The notes beneath the pieces were generated by a model. It ran no database searches. It saw only the letters and a program-made list of their open reading frames with translations, and was not told where the DNA came from. A program made the translations under genes and the position numbers. Positions 12,475 through 23,424 of a stretch of 35,166 nucleotides of DNA are shown one piece after another. Source of the DNA: Neoechinorhynchus agilis (Eukaryota; Animalia; Acanthocephala). The stretch is taken from NCBI GenBank assembly GCA_051530055.1, contig JBMGUZ010000023.1, forward strand, positions 1 through 35,166, read 5' to 3'. The first letter of the stretch is position 1. Each line of letters opens with the position of its first letter.

Positions 12475-12986
12475 ATGTTTTCTTTTCGAAAACAGTCGCC
12501 AAAAATAGCAGCCAATTACGATGTACGTGATTTTTCACTAATCAAATCGGGCATCATTCGACATTACAGTCGAGGATCCTCATGTTCCTGCCTTGGGAAG
12601 CCACCTTCGAGGACCCATTCGGCAATCAATGAGCCGGAAAATGGTACACCTACGATCCAGCCAATGAAAATTTGACTGCATAACGGGACCTTCTAGAACA
12701 GAACGTTCGTTAAACCGCGAGACCTTTGACAAAACTAGGAAATTTGATCATGGAGGTTAGCGATGACCATCTCGACGAAATCCCGTGGACACTCCTTCTC
12801 GAGTTCGCTATCCGCGACGCAACCTACAACCTCTTTAGGCTCTGTAGGCTCCAAAAGTCCTCCAGGTAAGCGCTCGAAAGACGGAGACGCTCAAAAGCCG
12901 AAAAGTTCGACTGCTTGCATATTGTGGTAAGCTCCATTGTCCGGACAATGCTCCGTGATATACAGCCGGAAAGGAGAGGTTTGTGA
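12475..12986 (+). pseudogene. GC-richer coding-like segment with a candidate 47-nt intron and several in-frame stops; identity unknown
   Basis: ATG 12475 and GTACGT...TTACAG at 12523-12569 (47 nt). The spliced frame reads ...MFLPWEATFEDPFGNQ*AGKWYTYDP...MEVSDDHLDEIPWTLLLEF with four stops. Confidence 0.25.
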
Positions 12987-13031
12987 CCATTCATTCAAGT
13001 TTCCGACCATTCTCCATAGTGGCTACTTTAT

Positions 13032-15343
13032 TTAACCCCAGGGATGCTGTTTTTTCAATCCGTTAAATATCAGTCTTTCAATTTCCTTATCAAGTTCCTT
13101 GCTTCGCCTTTTGTTTGCCTTTATGGCCGTCACAGTTTCCACGTAATTCTGGAAATAAAGAATTTTACAGCGCTATCAAGAGAATGTAGCAAACCTTTCG
13201 AACTGCTTCGGTATACACAGTGAGCATTTCCTTTGTGTTCAACTCTGATAGCTCTTCAGCAGTCATTTTATCGATCTGATCAGCTTTGATTGGACTCTCG
13301 GCAGTAACCAACTCCTTCAATATCAATCTTAGATGTGAACAGAGACCATCTCGTTTTCTTAGAAAGTCATCGTAATCGCTTTGGGTTTCTCCATTTGATG
13401 CATTGGCGGATTCCTCGGGTTTATGATCAACAATTTGTTGTTCAGACACCCTTGGTTCACTTTTGACCGCAATAATTTCCTTCTTTGGTACTACTTCCAC
13501 TTTCTTTTTTGATGGGGACCTTTTAGCCGGTGCTTCCTTATCCTTTTCATTCTTCTTATGAGCAATTAAACCACGTTGGATATCCATCCCGATAGTCATT
13601 GCATTACAGTTCGCTTGGCGTGGATCTGGATGCATTCTACATTCCCAATCGATCGAAAGTCTTTCATTTAGATCCAGTGAACCTAATGGAAGTACACGCC
13701 ACTTTAAACATTTATCACATTGAACCGCAATCTTCAGCTTCTTATTTCTTCGTTCCACAAACTCGGGTTCGTTTCTTGGCTCCAATTCTCTACTCCAATC
13801 ATTGTTCAAACAATATCCATATCGCTGCCAAAACATATTCTGATCTTCTTTATAGTATCCAATATCAGTTACATAACTGGTCATAAAGTCATAGAGAACT
13901 TTAAGAAGATATCGATACTCTCGCCCATGAGCAAAATTCTGTTTATTATGCATCGGTTCAATAATGGTCGGTGGAAGGTTTACGACAGCGACCACGCCGG
14001 GGAACGAGATATTGCAAGTGTTTGAACCTGGATAAGACCTTTCGTACATACGAATCAATCGATTAGCATTGTAAACAAACGCACCGTCTCGTCTTCTATT
14101 CTGGATATTAACACCGAAATGAAATTTAATCTCCATTGGGCAATTCAATATTGTCTGACGCTGTTCAACTTGCATTCTACAAGATACTCTGGCTCATGAA
14201 GACTAGCTCAGAATTTCTTTTTACGTTTTAAGACTACTTTTTGTTGATCATCTAGTAATAGTTTTAATTTGCCCGTCTCAAAGGACAAATCTTCCTTATT
14301 CGCTTCATTTTGATTTAACTCATCTATTTTCTTTTCGGTATCAAGAGCTCGTTCCTCGGCGAGTTTCAATTCATTCTTAGCAAAATACAACTCCTTTTCA
14401 GCTCTTTTCCGAAATCTATCGGAATTGTAGATGTATTCACGGGGTTCATAGAGAGTATAGATGATTCGTGTACTCCTTACTTTCTTTCCTTGAATTGTCA
14501 GTCTCATTGATGGATTGTAGTAGAGAATAGAGACATAATGTCGAAGAGATCGTCGTTCAGGACAAAGTGCCAAATCTTCTAACGTATTACCTGGATTTGC
14601 AATTAAAATATCATTCTTTTGCGAACTAATGTCAAGCTCAGTGGTTCCGGTTGAAACGAGTTTAAGATTGTAGACAACAATCAAAGTCCCGGAACTTCCT
14701 TGTATTTTGTCGAATTGAGCCATAAAATTCGTTGTGTCATAAGGGCTATATTGGTAAATTATGTTCATTTCAAAGTTGTGAATAAGAAGCGATTTTCCAT
14801 CATTGAGTACGGGTTGAAGTGTCGATGCATCGAAAACTGGAAGAGGAACAACTACTTGTTCAATTCCTTCACTCTCATGGAACGTTCGAGAAAGCATCAG
14901 ACAAGACAGTAACCCGTCTTTTTTGGTGAACAATAACATATCGTTACCTATCCTCATCGTGCCTGATTTAAGACCATTTCCATATTGACCGATTGCTTGC
15001 AAGTTCGTTGAACGTTTTGTTGATTTACCGAACGATACAACTCCCATTGTCTCCGATGGGTTCATTCCACATCCATTGTCAAGAAAACACAAGGAAAAAC
15101 CTCCTCTTACCGAACAATGCAACTCAGTGTAAATGTGAAGGTCGGTAGATTGAGCATCCAGAGAATTATCTATCAGCTCAGCCATGGCACCAAATAAAAA
15201 CTCATGAGTTGTCCTGTAAATCAAAATATTATAAAACATTTTCAGAGTTTAGAGACCTACGAGTTTGAATGAAGGTATTCTATGGTCAATTGAGCTTTGT
15301 GAAGCATTGCATATCGGTCTCGAATTCGAAATTTTGACTCCAT
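13032..15343 (-). CDS. MORC2: MORC1/2-type GHKL ATPase with coiled-coil insertion and CW zinc finger; 4 exons
   Basis: Exon 1 15261-15343 reads MESKFRIRDRYAMLHKAQLTIEYLHSNS. A 47-nt intron (15214-15260) joins it to TTHEFLFGAMAELIDNSLDA. GHKL motifs DNGCGM, GQYGNGLKSG and GTLIVVYNL are intact. CW finger QCDKCLKWR..W.C.MHPDP..C. A 46-nt intron (13149-13194) leads to a last exon ending TAA 13032-13034 overlapping AATAAA. The junction at 14161-14237 is ambiguous. Confidence 0.95.
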
Positions 15344-15375
15344 TCCCTAAGTCTAGAAAAAATGAATTAAGGTCT

Positions 15376-18300
15376 CGACTTCCAGTTTTGCCATGGGGCC
15401 GAGATCCGGGATTAGGCGACCGGATCTCGTCGGTAACACTCGAAGGGGTCCTCATCCAGACGAATCCGAGGCGGTCAATGTCAGCGATTTAAATAGACTT
15501 TCCCGTTGTGGAAAACTCTAAAATAGCTAACATGCCAGTTGGGATTTCGAGATTCCTTACGCCCTGAACTTTAGTAAGCGAAAAAAGGGGAACTTTGGTG
15601 GTAGTCCTCAACGGTGATCCAGAATCCACCGAGATTGGGACCACCGCAACCGTCAATCTCCACCATCTTTCGAACTTCCAGTTTTGCCATGGGGCCGAGA
15701 TCTGAGATTAGGCGACAGGATCTCGTCGGTAACACTCGAAGGGGTCCTCATCCAGACGAATCCGAGGCGGTCAATGTCAGCGATTTAAATAGACTTTCCC
15801 GTTGTGGAAAACTCTAAAATAGCTAACATGCCAGTTGGGATTTCGAGATTCCTTACGCCCTGAACTTTAGTAAGCGAAAAAAAGGGGAACTTTGGTGGTA
15901 GTCCTCAACGGTGATCCAGAATCCACCGAGATTGGGACCACCGCAACCGTCAATCTCCACCATCTTTCGAACTTCCAGTTTTGCCATGGGGCCGAGATCT
16001 GGGATTAGGCGACCGGATCTCGTCGGTAACACTCGAAGGGGTCCTCATCCAGACGAATCCGAGGCGGTCAATGTCAGCGATTTAAATAGACTTTCCCGTT
16101 GTGGAAAACTCTAAAATAGCTAACATGCCAGTTGGGATTTCGAGATTCCTTACGCCCTGAACTTTAGTAAGCGAAAAAAGGGGAACTTTGGTGGTAGTCC
16201 TCAACGGTGATCCAGAATCCACCGAGATTGGGACCACCGCAACCGTCAATCTCCACCATCTTTCGAACTTCCATTTTGCCATGGGGCCGAGATCTGAGAT
16301 TAGGCGACCGGATCTCGTCGGTAACACTCGAAGGGGTCCTCATCCAGACGAATCCGAGGCGGTCAATGTCAGCGATTTAAATAGACTTTCCCGTTGTGGA
16401 AAACTCTAAAATAGCTAACATGCCAGTTGGGATTTCGAGATTCCTTACGCCCTGAACTTTAGTAAGCGAAAAAAGGGGAACTTTGGTGGTAGTCCTCAAC
16501 GGTGATCCAGAATCCACCGAGATTGGGACCACCGCAACCGTCAATCTCCACCATCTTTCGAACTTCCAGTTTTGCCATGGGGCCGAGATCTGGGATTAGG
16601 CGACCGGATCTCGTCGGTAACACTCGAAGGGGTCCTCATCCAGACGAATCCGAGGCGGTCAATGTCAGCGATTTAAATAGACTTTCCCGTTGTGGAAAAC
16701 TCTAAAATAGCTAACATGCCAGTTGGGATTTCGAGATTCCTTACGCCCTGAACTTTAGTAAGCGAAAAAAGGGGAACTTTGGTGGATCCTCAACGGTGAT
16801 CCAGAATCCACCGAGATTGGGACCACCGCAACCGTCAATCTCCACCATCTTTCGAACTTCCAGTTTTGCCATGGGGCCGAGATCTGGAATTAGGCGACAG
16901 GATCTCGTCGGTAACACTCGAAGGGGTCCTCATCCAGACGAATCCGAGGCGGTCAATGTCAGCGATTTAAATAGACTTTCCCGTTGTGGAAAACTCTAAA
17001 ATAGCTAACATGCCAGTTGGGATTTCGAGATTCCTTACGCCCTGAACTTTAGTAAGCGAAAAAAAGGGAACTTTGGTGGTAGTCCTCAACGGTGATCCAG
17101 AATCCACCGAGATTGGGACCACCGCAACCGTCAATCTCCACCATCTTTCGAACTTCCATTTTGCCACGGGGCCGAGATCTGAGATTAGGCGACAGGATCT
17201 CGTCGGTAACACTCGAAGGGGTCCTCATCCAGACGAATCCGAGGCGGTCAATGTCAGCGATTTAAATCAACTTTCCCGTTGTGGAAAACTCTAAAATAGC
17301 TAACATGCCAGTTGGGATTTCGAGATTCCTACGCCCTGAACTTTAGTAAGCGAAAAAAGGGGAACTTTGGTGGTAGTCCTCAACGGTGATCCAGAATCCA
17401 CCGAGATTGGGACCACCGCAACCGTCAATCTCCACCATCTTTCGAACTTCCAGTTTTGCCATGGGGCCGAGATCTGAGATTAGGCGACCGGATCTCGTCG
17501 GTAACACTCGAAGGGGTCCTCATCCAGACGAATCGAGGCGGTCAATGTCAGCGATTTAAATAGACTTTCCCGTTGTGGAAAACTCTAAAATAGCTAACAT
17601 GCCAGTTGGGATTTCGAGATTCCTTACGCCCTGAACTTTAGTAAGCGAAAAAAGGGGAACTTTGGTGGTAGTCCTCAACGGTGATCCAGAATCCACCGAG
17701 ATTGGGACCACCGCAACCGTCAATCTCCACCATCTTTCGAACTTCCATTTTGCCACGGGGCCGAGATCTGAGATTAGGCGACCGAATCTCGTCGGTAACA
17801 CTCGAAGGGGTCCTCATCCAGACGAATCCGAGGCGGTCAATGTCAGCGATTTAAATAGACTTTCCCGTTGTGGAAAACTCTAAAATAGCTAACATGCCAG
17901 TTGGGATTTCGAGATTCCTTACGCCCTGAACTTTAGTAAGCGAAAAAAGGGGAACTTTGGTGGTAGTCCTCAACGGTGATCCAGAATCCACCGAGATTGG
18001 GACCACCGCAACCGTCAATCTCCACCATCTTTCGAACTTCCAGTTTTGCCATGGGGCCGAGATCTGGGATTAGGCGACAGGATCTCGTCGGTAACACTCG
18101 AAGGGGTCCTCATCCAGACGAATCCGAGGCGGTCAATGTCAGCGATTTAAATAGACTTTCCCGTTGTGGAAAACTCTAAAATAGCTAACATGCCAGTTGG
18201 GATTTCGAGATTCCTTACGCCCTGAACTTTAGTAAGCGAAAAAAGGGGAACTTTGGTGGTAGTCCTCAACGGTGATCCAGAATCCACCGAGATTGGGACC

Positions 18301-21300
18301 ACCGCAACCGTCAATCTCCACCATCTTTCGAACTTCCAGTTTTGCCATGGGGCCGAGATCTGGGATTAGGCGACGGATCTCGTCGGTAACAATCCAGACG
18401 AATCCGAGGCGGTCAATGTCAGCGATTTAAATAGACTTTCCCGTTGTGGAAAACTCTAAAATAGCTAACATGCCAGTTGGGATTTCGAGATTCCTTACGC
18501 CCTGAACTTTAGTAAGCGAAAAAAGGGGAACTTTGGTGGTAGTCCTCAACGGTGATCCAGAATCCACCGAGATTGGGACCACCGCAACCGTCAATCTCCA
18601 CCATCTTTCGAACTTCCAGTTTTGCCATGGGGCCGAGATCTGGAATTAGGGGACAGGATCTCGTCGGTAACACTCGAAGGGGTCCTCATCCAGACGAATC
18701 CGAGGCGGTCAATGTCAGCGATTTAAATAGACTTTCCCGTTGTGGAAAACTCTAAAATAGCTAACATGCCAGTTGGGATTTCGAGATTCCTTACGCCCTG
18801 AACTTTAGTAAGCGAAAAAAAGGGAACTTTGGTGGTAGTCCTCAACGGTGATCCAGAATCCACCGAGATTGGGACCACCGCAACCGTCAATCTCCACCAT
18901 CTTTCGAACTTCCAGTTTTGCCATGGGGCCGAGATCTGAGATTAGGCGACAGGATCTCGTCGGTAACACTCGAAGGGGTCCTCATCCAGACGAATCCGAG
19001 GCGGTCAATGTCAGCGATTTAAATCAACTTTCCCGTTGTGGAAAACTCTAAAATAGCTAACATGCCAGTTGGGATTTCGAGATTCCTTACGCCCTGAACT
19101 TAGTAAGCGAAAAAAAGGGAACTTTGGTGGTAGTCCTCAACGGTGATCCAGAATCCACCGAGATTGGGACCACCGCAACCGTCAATCTCCACCATCTTGA
19201 ACAGTTTTGCCATGGGGCCGAGATCTGAGATTAGGGGACGAATCTCGTCGGTAACAATCCAGACGAATCCGAGGCGGTCAATGTCAGCGATTTAAATAGA
19301 CTTTCCCGTTGTGGAAAACTCTAAAATAGCTAACATGCCAGTTGGGATTTCGAGATTCCTTACGCCCTGAACTTTAGTAAGCGAAAAAGGAACTTTGGTG
19401 GTAGTCCTCAACGGTGATCCAGAATCCACCGAGATTGGGACCACCGCAACCGTCAATCTCCACCATCTTTCGAACTTCCAGTTTAGCCACGGGGCCGAGA
19501 TCTGAGATTAGGCGACGAATCTCGTCGGTAACAATCCAGACGAATCCGAGGCGGTCAATGTCAGCGATTTAAATAGACTTTCCCGTTGTGGAAAACTCTA
19601 AAATAGCTAACATGCCAGTTGGGATTTCGAGATTCCTTACGCCCTGAACTTTAGTAAGCGAAAAAAGGGGAACTTTGGTGGTAGTCCTCAACGGTGATCC
19701 AGAATCCACCGAGATTGGGACCACCGCAACCGTCAATCTCCACCATCTTTCGAACTTCCAGTTTTGCCATGGGGCCGAGATCTGGGATTAGGCGACAGGA
19801 TCTCGTCGGTAACACTCGAAGGGGTCCTCATCCAGACGAATCCGAGGCGGTCAATGTCACGATTTAAATAGACTTTCCCGTTGTGGAAAACTCTAAAATA
19901 GCTAACATGCCAGTTGGGATTTCGAGATTCCTTACGCCCTGAACTTTAGTAAGCGAAAAAAAGGGAACTTTGGTGGTAGTCCTCAACGGTGATCCAGAAT
20001 CCACCGAGATTGGGACCACCGCAACCGTCAATCTCCACCATCTTTCGAACTTCCAGTTTTGCCATGGGGCCGAGATCTGGAATTGGGGACAGGATCTCGT
20101 CGGTAACACTCGAAGGGTCCTCATCAGACGAATCCGAGGCGGTCAATGTCAGCGATTTAAATAGACTTTCCCGTTGTGGAAAACTCTAAAAAAACATGCC
20201 AGTTGGGATTTCGAGATTCCTTACGCCCTGAACTTTAGTAAGCGAAAAAAGGGGAACTTTGGTGGTAGTCCTCAACGGTGATCCAGAATCCACCGAGATT
20301 GGGACCACCGCAACCGTCAATCTCCACCATCTTTCGAACTTCCAGTTTTGCCACGGGGCCGAGATCTGAGATTAGGCGACCGAATCTCGTCGGTAACACT
20401 CGAAGGGGTCCTCATCCAGACGAATCCGAGGCGGTCAATGTCAGCGATTTAAATAGACTTTCCCGTTGTGGAAAACTCTAAAATAGCTAACATGCCAGTT
20501 GGGATTTCGAGATTCCTTACGCCCTGAACTTTAGTAAGCGAAAAAAAGGGGAACTTTGGTGGTAGTCCTCAACGGTGATCCAGAATCCACCGAGATTGGG
20601 ACCACCGCAACCGTCAATCTCCACCATCTTTCGAACTTCCAGTTTTGCCACGGGGCCGAGATCTGAGATTAGGCGACCGAATCTCGTCGGTAACACTCGA
20701 AGGGGTCCTCATCCAGACGAATCCGAGGCGGTCAATGTCAGCGATTTAAATAGACTTTCCCGTTGTGGAAAACTCTAAAATAGCTAACATGCCAGTTGGG
20801 ATTTCGAGATTCCTTACGCCCTGAACTTTAGTAAGCGAAAAAAGGGGAACTTTGGTGGTAGTCCTCAACGGTGATCCAGAATCCACCGAGATTGGGACCA
20901 CCGCAACCGTCAATCTCCACCATCTTTCGAACTTCCAGTTTTGCCATGGGGCCGAGATCTGGAATTAGGGGACAGGATCTCGTCGGTAACACTCGAAGGG
21001 GTCCTCATCCAGACGAATCCGAGGCGGTCAATGTCAGCGATTTAAATAGACTTTCCCGTTGTGGAAAACTCTAAAATAGCTAACATGCCAGTTGGGATTT
21101 GGAGATTCCTTACGCCCTGAACTTTAGTAAGCGAAAAAAGGGGAACTTTGGTGGTAGTCCTCAACGGTGATCCAGAATCCACCGAGATTGGGACCACCGC
21201 AACCGTCAATCTCCACCATCTTTCGAACTTCCAGTTTTGCCATGGGGCCGAGATCTGAGATTAGGCGACGAATCTCGTCGGTAACAATCCAGACGAATCC

Positions 21301-22110
21301 GAGGCGGTCAATGTCAGCGATTTAAATAGACTTTCCCGTTGTGGAAAACTAAAATAGCTAACATGCCAGTTGGGATTTCGAGATTCCTTACGCCCTGAAC
21401 TTTAGTAAGCGAAAAAAAGGGAACTTTGGTGGTAGTCCTCAACGGTGATCCAGAATCCACCGAGATTGGGACCACCGCAACCGTCAATCTCCACCATCTT
21501 TCGAACTTCCAGTTTTGCCACGGGGCCGAGATCTGAGATTAGGCGACGAATCTCGTCGGTAACAATCCAGACGAATCCGAGGCGGTCAATGTCAGCGATT
21601 TAAATCAACTTTCCCGTTGTGGAAAACTCTAAAATAGCTAACATGCCAGTTGGGATTTCGAGATTCCTTACGCCCTGAACTTTAGTAAGCGAAAAAAGGG
21701 AACTTTGGTGGTAGTCCTCAACGTGATCCAGAATCCACCGAGATTGGGACCACCGCAACCGTCAATCTCCACCATCTTTCGAACTTCCAGTTTGCCAGGG
21801 GCCGAGATCTGAGATTAGGCGACGATCTCGTCGGTAACAATCCAGACGAATCCGAGGCGGTCAATGTCAGCGATTTAAATAACTTTCCCGTTGTGGAAAA
21901 CTCTAAAATAGCTAACATGCCAGTTGGGATTTGGAGATTCCTTACGCCCTGAACTTTAGTAAGCGAAAAAAGGGGAACTTTGGTGGTAGTCCTCAACGGT
22001 GATCCAGAATCCACCGAGATTGGGACCACCGCAACCGTCAATCTCCACCATCTTTCGAACTTCCAGTTTTGCCACGGGGCCGAGATCTGAGATTAGGGGA
22101 CCGAATCTCG
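15376..22110. repeat. Tandem satellite-like array, ~296 bp unit (a ~280 bp deletion subfamily also present), ~23 units
   Basis: The gcca(t/c)gggg anchor recurs 24 times from ~15390 to ~22070. Units are near-identical, differing mainly in an A/G run, a few SNPs and a 16-nt deletion variant. GC content is visibly higher than the flanks. Confidence 0.99.
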
Positions 22111-22918
22111 AGGGCTTAGAATCCTAATTTTCAGCTTTTCAATGATGAAAAGGGTATATAAAGAATCAAATCGGATTGATTGCTCACTCCGGGAAAACAA
22201 CAAAACCCTGACGAATCCGAAGCTGACAACGAATATCTATACAACTCTCGAACGAATAATCGCGCCCTTTATTAAGACTTAAATGAAAAATATTGGAATT
22301 TGTTGTCGATGCAATTTGACGATTCAAGTTTTAATGGATTTATAGAAGACGAAATGAATTTTTTTCCCAAAGTCATGAGAATTTGCAAAAGAAATCCAAC
22401 GATTTTCGAAGTGAAACAGAAAAATTGGTGCAAAAACGAGGAAAATTTAAGTAAGACTTTCCTTTTGTGTGAAACGCATTTAAAGCAATCCGAGAAAAGG
22501 AAAAATTAGAAAAACTTAAATCCAAGAAAACCACTTTCGCTGTTCAAGACGAATAGACAAACCAACGTTTTAAATTTAGATCAATGCCGGAATGGAAAAC
22601 ATTAACGCATCATTGTGATCGAAATATTACAAAATTTTAAACACGGAAGAATCAATGTGAAAGTGGGGAAAAATTATATATCCAGAATCACTTTAATTGA
22701 AATATTTCTCCAGGGAGGTTTTTTCAACTTTAGGGAATAATCTGTCTTGTTTCCCTCGAAAGTATTGGTACCAATAAATATCCGTCGTTAATATCGATTT
22801 TATGACCCGATATGTGGACGACACATTTGGACAAAGCTAAATGACAGCGTTGGAAAGCTTTAGGAGTCAAAAGCATCGAATTCTATTTATGACGTTCGCC
22901 AAAAGGCTTCTAATGTAC

Positions 22919-23347
22919 AATTCTAAACAAATAAAGGTGTTGCAATTATTAACTGTCCAAAAAAACAAAGTCGGATTTCAGGATATTGATTGTTGTGGCA
23001 ACTTTTCTCTTAACCTCCCCGATATTGATTTAATGTAAATTTTAGGTGCCACAGCAATCAATATCCTGAAGGTGACATATAGGGATTGATTAGTTATTGC
23101 CCTTTCACATGAATTTTTATTGAAATCGATAATTTCAGATTTTATAAAAGAAATTACGGCAATAGAGAATCCGCGCTAAATATTAGTTTAATCTTTGGTC
23201 TCTATTCAAGTTGCTCTACTTACCAGGATTATGGCTAATTGCCGATTGACATTCTCTTTCAGTGTAATCAAATTGTGGTTATATTTTTTATCCGTCTTTG
23301 TTTTTTTGGACAGTTAATAATTGCAACACCTTTATTTGTTTAGAATT
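22919..23347. repeat. Nested inverted repeats, MITE-like
   Basis: 57-bp inverted repeat 22919-22975 / 23291-23347 (1 mismatch) encloses a 24-bp inverted repeat 22977-23000 / 23047-23070 (1 mismatch). No clear TSD. Confidence 0.8.
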
Positions 23348-23424
23348 CTCATACAAATTAACTTTTTTATTGTATTTTTTGGAAATGTGAAATCTACGAA
23401 TCTTAAAAACTTCTTTGGAGATGA

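Noticed and set aside
15614-22041. The many 64-107 aa ORFs in the array as genes
   Set aside because: They are by-products of a GC-rich repeat, appear on both strands, mostly use non-ATG starts and come and go with homopolymer length.
15376-22110. Hammerhead or twister ribozyme (retrozyme-like) in the repeat unit
   Set aside because: The minus-strand core reads CTGGATGA rather than CTGANGA (CTGATGA appears in one unit only, probably by deletion) and stem I cannot form. The twister-like TAACACT..GGTCC lacks the conserved AAG loop. An Infernal search would be decisive.
15376-22110. CRISPR array, 5S/tRNA/snRNA gene array or Pol III SINE
   Set aside because: There are no unique spacers and no recognisable 5S, tRNA or U-snRNA motifs. 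An A-box-like TGGCAAAACTGG is only ~2 nt from a B-box-like GTTCGA, far too close.
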